This document shows positions 49,265-58,836 of a stretch of 64,000 nt of DNA, piece after piece. Position 1 is the stretch's first letter; each line of letters starts with the position of its first letter. The stretch comes from Hyphococcus sp. GTDB lineage: Bacteria > Pseudomonadota > Alphaproteobacteria > Caulobacterales > Parvularculaceae. Location: assembly GCF_965228385.1 (NCBI RefSeq), contig NZ_OZ245810.1, positions 1,075,565-1,139,564 on the forward strand, read 5' to 3'. The notes under the pieces were generated by a model. That model saw nothing but the letters and a program-made list of their open reading frames with translations. It did not search any database and had not been told where the DNA came from. The position numbers and the translations under genes are program-made.

Positions 49265-52009
49265 ATGACCGCCATTACCCCTGAAATTGTCGCCGAGCAT
49301 GGCCTCAAGCCCGAAGAATACGAGCGTATCAAGACACATATGGGCCGCGAGCCCAATCTGGTCGAGCTTGGCGTCTTTTCGGTCATGTGGTCGGAGCATT
49401 GCTCGTATAAATCATCGCGCCGCCACCTGAAGAAACTGCCGACCTCCGCGCCATGGGTTGTGCAAGGTCCGGGCGAGAACGCAGGCGTCATCGATATCGG
49501 GACGGATAATGACGGCGTCCCGCTGGTGGCGGTCTTCAAGATGGAGAGCCACAACCATCCAAGTTTCATCGAACCCTATCAGGGCGCGGCGACGGGCGTC
49601 GGCGGCATCATGCGCGATGTCTTCACCATGGGCGCGCGGCCCGTGGCCAATATGAACGCGCTGCGCTTCGGCGAGTGGGCGCACCCCAAAACCCGCCATC
49701 TCGTGGCTGGCGTTGTCGGCGGCATCGGCGGTTACGGCAATTGCATGGGCGTGCCGACCGTCGGCGGCGAGACCAATTTCGACGCCGGCTATAACGGCAA
49801 TATTCTCGTCAACGCCATGACCGTGGGCGTTGCAGAAAAAGCGAAGATTTTCTATTCCGCCGCGCGCGGCGCCGGCAATCCTGTCGTCTATGTCGGATCG
49901 AAAACCGGGCGCGACGGCATTCACGGCGCCACCATGGCGAGCGCTGAATTCGACGACGCTTCGGAAGAAAAGCGTCCCACCGTGCAGGTCGGCGATCCGT
50001 TTACGGAGAAATTGCTGCTCGAAGCGTGTCTGGAGCTCATGGCGTCCGACGCGATTATCGCCATTCAGGACATGGGGGCGGCGGGCCTCACATCCTCTTC
50101 GGTTGAAATGGCGGCGAAAGGCGGGGGCGGTTTTGAGCTTGACCTCGACCACGTGCCCCAGCGCGAAGACAACATGACAGCCTATGAGATGATGCTGTCG
50201 GAAAGCCAGGAGCGCATGCTCATGGTGTTAAAGCCGGGCCGCGAAGACGACGCGCGCGCCATCTTTGAAAAATGGGGCGTCGATTTCGCGGTGATCGGCG
50301 TGACCACGGATACGGGGCGGCTGGTCATCATGCATGAGGGCGAGACCGTCGCCGACATGCCGGTGCCGCCGCTGGCGGACGACGCGCCGAACTATGACCG
50401 CCCGCATGAGCCGGCCCCGAAGCCCGCGCCGCTGGACGATCCGAAAGTCTCCTATCGAGAGGCCGAAGCGATTTTGAAATCGCCCGGCAAGTCGGAAGAG
50501 GAAATGCGCAATGTGGCGCGAACCCTCATCGATGACCGTCTCGCCGATCCTGATCTTGTCGATGCGGTGGGCATGACGGCGCAGGCCGGCGAGGCGCGGG
50601 TCTATGTGCGATCCGGGCCCGAGGGCGTCAGCTTCTCCGGATTTGAAGAAGCCGTGCGCAACCTATCGTCGGGCGGTGTCGTTGAAACGACCGAAGTCGA
50701 ACAGCGCGAGGAAACCTTGTCGCTGGCGGAGGCGCCGGGCGGCGACACCATGCTGACGGCGCTTGCGAAACTTGTCGCGTCGCCCGATCTGTGCTCGCGC
50801 CGGTGGATATGGGATCAGTATGATCACACGGTGATGGGCGACACGGTGATCCACCCCGGAGGCGACGCTGCTATTGTGCGCGTGCACGGAACAAACCGCG
50901 CGCTCGCCATAACAACCGATGTGACGCCGCGTTATGTGAAAGCTGATCCGCATGAGGGCGGCAAACAGGCGGTGGCGGAAACATACCGCAATATCTGCGC
51001 AACCGGCGCCGCGCCGCTGGCGATCACAAACTGTCTTAATTTCGGCAATCCGGAACGCCCGGAAATCATGGCCCAGTTTGTCGGCGCCATTGAGGGCATG
51101 GCGGAAGCCTGCGAGGCGCTGAATTATCCGGTGATTTCCGGCAATGTCTCGCTCTATAACGAAACCAACGGCGCCGCGATTCCGCCAACCCCGGCCATTG
51201 GCGGCGTCGGCGTTCTGGAAGACGCCACGAAAGCCTGCCGGGTCGGCGGCGCGGAAGCCGGCGAGGAACTGCTCGCCATCGGCGTGACGCGCGGATGGCT
51301 CGGACAGTCAATTTACATGCGTGATCTTTTCGCAATTACGGACGGCGCGCCGCCGCCGGTTGACCTGGAGAGCGAACGCAAGACCGGTGAACTTGTCCGT
51401 AAGCTGATCAGCGAAGGGCTGGTCACCGCATGTCATGACGTATCGGACGGCGGATTGCTGATCGCGGCGGCGGAAATGGCGCTGGCTGCAGGCAGGGGCT
51501 TAAACCTGACGACGCCGGTGAAGCAGCGCAAGGCCGCCTTCTGGTTCGGCGAGGATCAGGGGCGCTATCTTGTGGCCGCCGCGCCCGCCGCCGCCGACAC
51601 GCTTTTGTTGAAAGCCGCCATGGCGGGCGTTCAGGCGTCGAAGATCGGCCGTTTCGGCGGTCCCGACCTGACGCTGGACAGCAATGATTCGCTCTCATTG
51701 CTTGATTTATCTGATATTTTTGAAGCCGCCCTGCCAGATTACATGAACGCCCAGACGAAAAAGGAGCCCGCCCCCATGCCTATGGCCGGAGACGACATCA
51801 AGAAACTCATTCTCGACGCGCTGCCCGACGCGGAAATTGAACTGGAGGACCTTGCCGGCGACAATGACCACTGGCGCGCGCGCATAATCTCATCGGCGTT
51901 CAACGGAAAGTCCCGCGTTCAGCAGCATCAGTTGGTCTACAGAGCATTGAAAGGCCGCATGGGCGGCGAGCTTCACGCCCTCGCGCTGGAGACGGAGGCG
52001 CGGGAGTAG
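49265..52009 (+). CDS. purL: Phosphoribosylformylglycinamidine synthase subunit PurL, in frame with BolA
   Basis: [37 protein letters not shown] and HDVSDGG motifs. PurL homology ends near 51751 and the frame continues into BolA. Confidence 0.92.
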   Translation: MTAITPEIVAEHGLKPEEYERIKTHMGREPNLVELGVFSVMWSEHCSYKSSRRHLKKLPTSAPWVVQGPGENAGVIDIGTDNDGVPLVAVFKMESHNHPSFIEPYQGAATGVGGIMRDVFTMGARPVANMNALRFGEWAHPKTRHLVAGVVGGIGGYGNCMGVPTVGGETNFDAGYNGNILVNAMTVGVAEKAKIFYSAARGAGNPVVYVGSKTGRDGIHGATMASAEFDDASEEKRPTVQVGDPFTEKLLLEACLELMASDAIIAIQDMGAAGLTSSSVEMAAKGGGGFELDLDHVPQREDNMTAYEMMLSESQERMLMVLKPGREDDARAIFEKWGVDFAVIGVTTDTGRLVIMHEGETVADMPVPPLADDAPNYDRPHEPAPKPAPLDDPKVSYREAEAILKSPGKSEEEMRNVARTLIDDRLADPDLVDAVGMTAQAGEARVYVRSGPEGVSFSGFEEAVRNLSSGGVVETTEVEQREETLSLAEAPGGDTMLTALAKLVASPDLCSRRWIWDQYDHTVMGDTVIHPGGDAAIVRVHGTNRALAITTDVTPRYVKADPHEGGKQAVAETYRNICATGAAPLAITNCLNFGNPERPEIMAQFVGAIEGMAEACEALNYPVISGNVSLYNETNGAAIPPTPAIGGVGVLEDATKACRVGGAEAGEELLAIGVTRGWLGQSIYMRDLFAITDGAPPPVDLESERKTGELVRKLISEGLVTACHDVSDGGLLIAAAEMALAAGRGLNLTTPVKQRKAAFWFGEDQGRYLVAAAPAAADTLLLKAAMAGVQASKIGRFGGPDLTLDSNDSLSLLDLSDIFEAALPDYMNAQTKKEPAPMPMAGDDIKKLILDALPDAEIELEDLAGDNDHWRARIISSAFNGKSRVQQHQLVYRALKGRMGGELHALALETEARE
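51776..52009 (+). CDS. bolA: BolA/IbaG-family protein, nested in frame at the end of the purL ORF
   Basis: Own AAGGAG RBS at 51761-51766. MPMAGDDI...DLAGDNDHW...[14 protein letters not shown]...LHALAL. Confidence 0.88.
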   Translation: MPMAGDDIKKLILDALPDAEIELEDLAGDNDHWRARIISSAFNGKSRVQQHQLVYRALKGRMGGELHALALETEARE

Positions 52010-52033
52010 GTTCAAGCGGCAAAGGGGAGACTA

Positions 52034-52585
52034 ATGTTCAAACTTAAACGGCTAGCGATAAAAACAGCATTTGTATTGCTCGGCGTGCTTTGCACATTGG
52101 GTTGCGCAAGGAGCGCGGCAGAGAACGATATTCACGATGACATCGATGCGGTCATCATCAATCTTGAAAGCGCCTGGGCGGCCGCCGACGGCGAGGCGTG
52201 GTCTGATCAGTTCACCGACGACGCTGACTTCATAGTCTGGTTCGGGCTGCGCCTGCACGGCGCAAAGGAGATCGGCGATGGCCATCAAGGCATCTGGGAC
52301 GATTTTTACGCCGGAACGGTTTTCGACCTTGAAATAGAATCTGCGCGCCTGATCGCTGACGGCGTTGCAATTGCGCATCTGGATGGCTGGATTTATCGTG
52401 CAGGTGAATCTCGTCCGCAAACGCCTGCCGTTTCGAAGCCGATAGTCGTTTTGGCGCAAACCGAACGGGGCTGGAAAATTGAAGCCTTCCAGAACACGCC
52501 GGGCTTTGGCCCTCAATGTTTCGGCAACGAACTCGCTGATGTCGTTGCGCGCGGCGGCTGCGTTGCGCCCGGCGGCGGGGAGTGA
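52034..52585 (+). CDS. SgcJ/EcaC (SnoaL-like) family exported protein
   Basis: WAAADGEAWSDQFTDDADFIVWFG and GWKIEAFQNT; signal peptide. Confidence 0.8.
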   Translation: MFKLKRLAIKTAFVLLGVLCTLGCARSAAENDIHDDIDAVIINLESAWAAADGEAWSDQFTDDADFIVWFGLRLHGAKEIGDGHQGIWDDFYAGTVFDLEIESARLIADGVAIAHLDGWIYRAGESRPQTPAVSKPIVVLAQTERGWKIEAFQNTPGFGPQCFGNELADVVARGGCVAPGGGE

Positions 52586-52598
52586 CACGCCCAGCGGG

Positions 52599-52688
52599 CA
52601 GCAGCTTCAGTTGGTCTACAGAGCATTAAAGGGCCGCATGGGCGGCGAGCTTCAAGCCCTGGCGCTAGAGATGGCGGCGCGGGAGTAG
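52599..52688 (+). pseudogene. Duplicated 3' 90 bp of bolA
   Basis: 82/90 nt identical to 51920-52009, including the stop codon. No 5' part or start. Confidence 0.9.
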
Positions 52689-52793
52689 TGGGCTTTGGGT
52701 CCGGTTAAGGGGCCACTTTCGTTCTTCAGGCCTTTGCTAGCGGATGGCCGAAAATCGCCCTCGAAGTGGACGGTCGAGGCCGACGTGCATCTG

Positions 52794-53153
52794 TCAAATC
52801 GCGGCGCCCTCAAATTCTCCGAGCTTCATTACATGATTTTCCAGGAATTTGTCACGAAGGTTTTGCCGCAAAACGCGAAATTTGCCGCCAACTAAAGTGA
52901 CCGAACTATTTGGGAGACGCGCAAATGCATAGGACGCGTTCGGAGGGATAATTACATCGCGCCCGTTCACGAGAGACTGAAACGCATCCGTATCATCGTT
53001 CGCGCCGTTTCCCCACAGCACAGGGACATGTGCTTTTGCCCCGGCTGGAATTGTCACAGATGAGGCGATTGCGGTCGCGAGAAATGCCCGTCTCGAAAAT
53101 GCAATCAACTCCGAATCTCCGTCCGCAACACCTACTGAGAATTGCTGCATCAA
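52794..53153 (-). CDS. Hypothetical or fragmentary ORF with a Tat-like signal and a GxxDDT motif
   Basis: SRRAFLATA and LWGNGANDDTDAFQ. Confidence 0.4.
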   Translation of the reverse strand: MMQQFSVGVADGDSELIAFSRRAFLATAIASSVTIPAGAKAHVPVLWGNGANDDTDAFQSLVNGRDVIIPPNASYAFARLPNSSVTLVGGKFRVLRQNLRDKFLENHVMKLGEFEGAAI

Positions 53154-53243
53154 TTTATTCCCTAGTTTGCAGGAGAATGATAGAGCGGGATGCAGTTGAA
53201 TTCCGGCCGAACAGCAGCCTAGGCCGTTGGATGGAGAATTGTA

Positions 53244-54044
53244 ATGAACCGCCTAAGAAATGATCACCTCTATATGATGCCTGCCCATTTTGGGGGAAAA
53301 CCGGGAGGTATGACGGCGACAACCTATCATGACACGGTGAGCGCCACCATCCGATACGAAACCGATCAAGACGCACTCGAAGCGCTGATACCAGAAGGTT
53401 TTGAACTTCGTTCTGCGGAGATTATGGTTGCCGCAATGATGAATAGAGGCGTGGAATGGATGGCGGGTGAGCCCTATAACATCGTCGCAGTGAATGCGCC
53501 GGTGCGATACCGAAAAGCATCACCAAATATCGATGGCTGGTATTCATTGGTTGTATGGGAAAACAAAACCACGCCGATTCTTCCCGGCCGGGAACAAACC
53601 GGTATTCCCAAGATTTATTCGGAAATTGAAGAATTTCGGTTCCTCGGCGATGAGATGCGCACTTGGGCGCATTACGGCGGCCATAGTTTTTGCGACCTAC
53701 ATTTTTCGAATATCCGCGAAGCCAGCGCTGATGAGCGGCGCCAAGTTGATGATGAGTTTCGCACAATGAACTGGATGGCATGGCGCCATATTCCCAAACC
53801 GGGCGAAGGCGGCGGTGCATCGTTGTCCGAAGCGACCCTGTTTCCGCAAGAATTTGAAAGCAGTCGGGTAAGGCTAGCAGATGCAAGCTGCGTCTGGTCA
53901 ACGCCGCCCTTTTGGAAAAACCCAATTCAGGCCCATATCATTGCGCGCCTTGAATCTTTGCCAATCGTTTCGCCTGTTGGGCCAGCAATAATCATGAATG
54001 CAAAGAATATATTGCGCGGCGATCTAGCGAAGCTGCTCGATTAG
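53244..54044 (+). CDS. Acetoacetate decarboxylase family protein
   Basis: YMMPAHFG, YETDQDALEALIPEGF and PILPGREQTGIPKIY motifs; GGAG RBS. Confidence 0.8.
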   Translation: MNRLRNDHLYMMPAHFGGKPGGMTATTYHDTVSATIRYETDQDALEALIPEGFELRSAEIMVAAMMNRGVEWMAGEPYNIVAVNAPVRYRKASPNIDGWYSLVVWENKTTPILPGREQTGIPKIYSEIEEFRFLGDEMRTWAHYGGHSFCDLHFSNIREASADERRQVDDEFRTMNWMAWRHIPKPGEGGGASLSEATLFPQEFESSRVRLADASCVWSTPPFWKNPIQAHIIARLESLPIVSPVGPAIIMNAKNILRGDLAKLLD

Positions 54045-54083
54045 CATTTCTGACCCGAATGTCCGAGTAGGGCCCCAAAGCAG

Positions 54084-54158
54084 TCATGACCACAAAATCA
54101 AAATGATGAACATGGCAATCGGCGCGGCGTAACGGATGAAGAACCGCCATTCGCGGAA
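54084..54158 (-). pseudogene. Diverged duplicate of the NSS transporter 3' coding segment
   Basis: Translates FREWRFFIRYAAPIAMFIILILWS* against FRYWRFFIRYAAPIAVFLILILG in the intact gene. 54115-54149 matches 55460-55494 at 33/35 nt. Confidence 0.85.
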
Positions 54159-54322
54159 GCGGCCGCAACGCGTATACACATTTTTTCCACCGATGACCTG
54201 CATAAACGCGCGCATCGCGGGCTGAGGTTCCATAGTCGGTGATCCGTTGCTTTATTGCGGCGATCCGGCTTGCTTGCACGGCGTTCCATAGGTCAAAAAG
54301 TTCACGTAAAGAGGGGATAGAT

Positions 54323-55387
54323 ATGAGACACGGCGCAATTGCGTGTGCAGGCCTGGTCCTGCTGGGCTGCGGCGCAGAAAACGCCGCGCCGCCGGCGCGG
54401 CGGCCCGCGCCAGACATACCGGCGCTTATGGCGGCTGCGAATGCGCCCGGCCTGTCGATCGCAACGATTGACGACTGTGAATTGTCGGATGTCTCCCATT
54501 ATGGCGTTGCGGATATCGAAACCGGCGAGCCGGTTGACGACACCACCCGATTTGAGGCCGCATCCTTGACCAAGACGATCTTCTCGCTGATTGTTAATCA
54601 GCTTGCGGATGAAGGCGTGATTGATCTCGATCATCCGATCGCCGACAATTTTGATTACCCGCGTGTGACCGACAAGGACGCCTATGCGGTTTTGACCCCC
54701 CGCATGATTTTAGCGCACAGGTCCGGTTTGCCGAACTGGGCGGGCGATCCGCTCGACGCGGAAACCTGGGGCGACATTCCCTTCAACAACCCGCCCGATA
54801 CGCAGTTCGGCTATTCCGGCGAAGCCTATCAGCTGCTTCAGGCCTATGTTGAGAACGTCACAGGAAAGTCTCTCGATGTTCTGTTCGCAGAACGCCTCGG
54901 CGATTTAATGCCGCTTTCTTCCTTGTCGGTGGCGAGAGAGGACGCAAGCCCGAGTTTTGGCCATGACAAAGACGGCGGCAAGGAAAAAGGCCGCGCCATT
55001 GGCGAACTGACCAGCGCGGGCGCCGCATATTCGGGGCAGAGCAACGCGCGCGACTATGCGCGGTTTCTCAGTCATCTGTGTGAGGGCGCTGGCATGAGCG
55101 CCGATGCGCGCGATGCGATGCTGGAGCCGCAATCCCCGACTGACGCGCCTGAAATCGCGTGGGCGCTTGGCTGGGGCGTGCAGACGGGCGAAAATCCTGT
55201 TTATTTCCATTGGGGCGACAATGGACCGTTCAAGGCGTTTACGGCGTTCAACCGGGAAACCGGCGACGGCGTCGTTTATTTTGCCAACGCCATGAACGGG
55301 CTGATGCTGATCGAACCCATCGCCGCTCCGGTGGTGGGCGATGTCGGCCCGATCGTTGACTGGCTTGATTACGGACGGGTCGACTAG
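54323..55387 (+). CDS. Serine hydrolase lipoprotein (beta-lactamase fold)
   Basis: Lipobox LLGC; ASLTK, HRSGLPNW, YSGE and HWGDNG motifs. Confidence 0.88.
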   Translation: MRHGAIACAGLVLLGCGAENAAPPARRPAPDIPALMAAANAPGLSIATIDDCELSDVSHYGVADIETGEPVDDTTRFEAASLTKTIFSLIVNQLADEGVIDLDHPIADNFDYPRVTDKDAYAVLTPRMILAHRSGLPNWAGDPLDAETWGDIPFNNPPDTQFGYSGEAYQLLQAYVENVTGKSLDVLFAERLGDLMPLSSLSVAREDASPSFGHDKDGGKEKGRAIGELTSAGAAYSGQSNARDYARFLSHLCEGAGMSADARDAMLEPQSPTDAPEIAWALGWGVQTGENPVYFHWGDNGPFKAFTAFNRETGDGVVYFANAMNGLMLIEPIAAPVVGDVGPIVDWLDYGRVD

Positions 55388-56745
55388 CCGCCCGACAACA
55401 TTGCGTTCAACCCAAGCTGAAACTTTGCGTCGATTCCCAGAATTAAAATCAGAAACACCGCAATCGGCGCGGCGTAGCGGATGAAAAACCGCCAGTATCG
55501 GAAAACGCCGTCGCTCGTATTGTGCAGTTCCCCGCGCATGATCGCGCGCGGCACGATCCAGCCGGCGAAAATGGCGACGAGCAATCCGCCGAGCGGCAGG
55601 AAAACGCTCCCTGAAAAAAAGTCGAGCCAGTTCCCGAGACCGCCGATATAGATCGTCATGGCGCCGATGACCCACGCGATAAGTCCGAAAATTATCGCGG
55701 ACGATGTACGCCCGAGGCCGAGCTGATCTTCGCCGACCGAAGACGTCACCAGCAATAGCGATATGGACGATGTCAGCGCCGCGATAAAAGCGAGAAAGAA
55801 GAACAGCCCGCCGATAAGCGCGCCGGCCGGCATGCCGGAAAAAACTGCGGGCAGGGCGTTGAAAATCAGCCCCATGCCCGCGGCGGGATCCAGCGCATAA
55901 GCAAATACGACCGGAAATATCATCAGCCCGGCGACGATGGCGACGAGTGTATCGGCCCCGGCGATGACAGCGGCGTTGTCGCCGATATTTTCGGTTTTGG
56001 GCAGGAATGAACCATAGGTCATCATGATCGCGCCGCCGACGCCGATGGAAAAGAACGCCTGTCCCAGCGCGGATAAAACGATGCCCGGCGTGATTTCCGA
56101 AAAGCGCGGCGAGAAGAGGTAATCGAATGCCTGGCCCGCAGCCCCTGTCATCAAGGCGTAAAGGCTGAGGCCGATCAGCATCAGGAAAAAGATCGGCATC
56201 AGGATTGTCACCACGCGCTCGATCCCGCCTTTCAGGCCGCGCGTAACGATAAAAATGGTGAGCCCCATGAACAGCGTGTGCCAGAACAGCGCCATGCCGG
56301 GGCCGTTATAAAGGGAAGTTGCAACGGCCGCGTCCGCCGCCGAGCGCCCGGCGAATTCACCCATGAAAGACATCAGCGAATAGGCCATCACCTGCCCGGC
56401 GATCACGCTGTAAGTTGTCAGAACGAGAAAAGCTGCGAGCACGCCTGCCAGCCCGACGACAAGCCAGCCGGGAGATTTCCCGATATCGACGGCAAGCTGT
56501 TTCGTGCTGCCGACCGCCGACAAACCCTTGTGGCGGCCGATGGCGAGCTCGCCCATGAGGATCGGGTAGGCGATAAAGGCGACGCAGATGAGATAGACGA
56601 AAACAAATGCGGAACCGCCGTTTTGTCCGGTTTGAAACGGAAACCGCCAGAGATTGCCAAGACCGACGGCGGAACCGATCGCCGCCATCAAAAATGCAAA
56701 ACGTGACGACCATTGTGGCGTGACGCCGCCGGTTGGACCTGCCAT
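55384..56745 (-). CDS. Sodium-dependent transporter, NSS family
   Basis: WSSRFAFLMAAIGSAVGLGNLWRFP, GQAFFS and FLAFIAALTSSIS motifs. Confidence 0.93.
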   Translation of the reverse strand: MAGPTGGVTPQWSSRFAFLMAAIGSAVGLGNLWRFPFQTGQNGGSAFVFVYLICVAFIAYPILMGELAIGRHKGLSAVGSTKQLAVDIGKSPGWLVVGLAGVLAAFLVLTTYSVIAGQVMAYSLMSFMGEFAGRSAADAAVATSLYNGPGMALFWHTLFMGLTIFIVTRGLKGGIERVVTILMPIFFLMLIGLSLYALMTGAAGQAFDYLFSPRFSEITPGIVLSALGQAFFSIGVGGAIMMTYGSFLPKTENIGDNAAVIAGADTLVAIVAGLMIFPVVFAYALDPAAGMGLIFNALPAVFSGMPAGALIGGLFFFLAFIAALTSSISLLLVTSSVGEDQLGLGRTSSAIIFGLIAWVIGAMTIYIGGLGNWLDFFSGSVFLPLGGLLVAIFAGWIVPRAIMRGELHNTSDGVFRYWRFFIRYAAPIAVFLILILGIDAKFQLGLNAMLSGG

Positions 56746-56906
56746 GAGACCTCTCAAAAATAGCGCTGCGCGGTTTGCGCGTTTTTTCGAATTATACGTG
56801 TTTGCAACCGGCGCGAATAGCCGCGCCGCCGCCTGATTTCGCCCGCGTCTTGCTACGCGCATGCGGGGCGCCTAATGTGCGCGAAAATCCAATATGAGGT
56901 ATTCCC

Positions 56907-58832
56907 ATGAGTTTACGCGCCGCTGCCCTGGTTTTTTCGCTTTCCGCCCTTGCCGCCGGTTGTTCCCGCGATGGCGGCGACGCGGAGAGGGAGCCGGTAA
57001 GCGATGAGCCTGGCGTGGAGACGGAGGCTCACTGGTCGCCGGTCCCGGCGGATGAGGTGCGTGATCCGTTTACCTACTCGAACTATCACGAAGCGCGGGT
57101 CACCCATGTGGAGCTCGATCTCGATGTGGATTTTGAGACGAAAACCCTGTCCGGTTCGGCGCAACTGGATTTTGAAAAATTAAGCGACGATGTTTCCACG
57201 CTTGTTCTCGATGCGAATGATCTCGATATCGAACTCATTGAGGCGGAAACTGACGACGGCTGGGTAACGGTCAGCTATGAAATCGGCGCCGACGACGCTG
57301 TTATGGGGTCGCGTCTCGCCATAGAATTGCCGGACGGCGCTGAATCGGTTCGTGTCAATTATTCAACAAGTCCGGATGCGGAAGGCATACAATGGCTTTC
57401 GCCGGAACAGACAGCCAGCGGCGAACATCCATTCCTGTTTACGCAGTTCCAGCCGCTGCTGGCGCGCACCATGGTTCCCTTGCAGGACACGCCCGCCGTG
57501 CGCATCACCTACGACGCCCGTATCACGACGCCGCCGGCGCTGCTCGCCGTGATGAGCGCGCGCCAGGATGAAAGCGGCGAACGCGACGGCGATTATTCAT
57601 TCAGGATGTCGCAGCCGATTCCGTCTTATCTTCTGGCGCTGGCGGTCGGCGATATTCAGTTCGAAGCGATCAGCGCCGATGTCGGGGTTTATGCGGAAGA
57701 TTATATCGTCAGCGAGTCCGCGGCGGAGTTCGAGGATACGCCGCAAATGGTCGATACGGTGGAGGCGCTTTATGGCCCCTATCGCTGGGGCCGCTACGAT
57801 CTGATTGTGCTGCCGCCGAGCTTTCCGTTTGGCGGCATGGAAAACCCGCGGCTGTCTTTCATGACGCCGACGCTGATAGCGGGCGATAAAAGCCTCACCA
57901 ATGTTGTTGCGCATGAACTGGCGCATTCATGGTCCGGGAATCTGGTGACCAATTCCACATGGCGCGATGCATGGTTGAACGAAGGGTTCACCAGCTATGT
58001 TGAAAACCGGATCATGGAGGGCCTTTACGGCCCGGAGCGCGCCGTGATGGAGCGCTCGCTTGATAAGCAGAGCCTGATGCGCGACGTCAACGAGGCCGCG
58101 CGTCCGGAACTGACGGCGCTGAAAATGCCGGAAGACATCTCCCATCCGGATGAGGCGTTCAGCCAGGTCTCCTACGCCGGCGGCATGTTCTTCCTGAAAT
58201 TTATGGAGGAGCGTTTCGGGCGCGAAGCCTTTGATGCGTTCCTGCGCGATTATTTCGACAGATTCGCGTTTCAGAGCATCACGACGGAAGATTTCCTCGC
58301 CTATTTTGAAGATCATCTCTGGGCGGATCAGCCCGATGCGGTGACCAAGGCGGAGATTGACGCCTGGGTTTATGAACCGGGTTTTCCGGACACGATTGAA
58401 AATCCGCAGTCCGACGCCTTCAACCGCGTGGAAAGCCAGCTCAACGCCTGGCTTGGCGGCGGCGATGTGGCCGGTCTGGAAACCGGCGCATGGACGACCC
58501 ATGAATGGCTGCACTTCATCAGCGTATTGCCTGCGGAGATTTCGTCCGAGCAGATGGCGGCGCTGGATGCGCGGTTTAATCTTTCAACGTCGCAAAATGC
58601 GGAGATCGCAAGCGCCTGGTATCTGAAAGCCATTCCCGCCGGCTATGAACCCGCGTTCGAGCCGCTTGATGCTTTCCTGATGCGGGTCGGGCGGGGCAAA
58701 TTTATCTATCGCCTGTATCAAAGCCTTGCTGATAACGGCCGTCGCGAATGGGCCGAAGCCGTCTATGAACGGGCGCGCCCCGGTTACCATCCGATCGCGC
58801 AGCGCCGTATCGACGAGATTTTCGGCGAATAA
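56907..58832 (+). CDS. M1-family aminopeptidase (LTA4 hydrolase-like) lipoprotein
   Basis: GGMENP, HELAH...WLNEG and VGRGKF motifs. Confidence 0.93.
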   Translation: MSLRAAALVFSLSALAAGCSRDGGDAEREPVSDEPGVETEAHWSPVPADEVRDPFTYSNYHEARVTHVELDLDVDFETKTLSGSAQLDFEKLSDDVSTLVLDANDLDIELIEAETDDGWVTVSYEIGADDAVMGSRLAIELPDGAESVRVNYSTSPDAEGIQWLSPEQTASGEHPFLFTQFQPLLARTMVPLQDTPAVRITYDARITTPPALLAVMSARQDESGERDGDYSFRMSQPIPSYLLALAVGDIQFEAISADVGVYAEDYIVSESAAEFEDTPQMVDTVEALYGPYRWGRYDLIVLPPSFPFGGMENPRLSFMTPTLIAGDKSLTNVVAHELAHSWSGNLVTNSTWRDAWLNEGFTSYVENRIMEGLYGPERAVMERSLDKQSLMRDVNEAARPELTALKMPEDISHPDEAFSQVSYAGGMFFLKFMEERFGREAFDAFLRDYFDRFAFQSITTEDFLAYFEDHLWADQPDAVTKAEIDAWVYEPGFPDTIENPQSDAFNRVESQLNAWLGGGDVAGLETGAWTTHEWLHFISVLPAEISSEQMAALDARFNLSTSQNAEIASAWYLKAIPAGYEPAFEPLDAFLMRVGRGKFIYRLYQSLADNGRREWAEAVYERARPGYHPIAQRRIDEIFGE

Positions 58833-58836
58833 ACCG

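Noticed and set aside
50438-50725. PurL insertion as an intein
   Set aside because: No Cys/Ser N-terminal block, no His-Asn C-terminus followed by Cys/Ser/Thr, and short even for a mini-intein.
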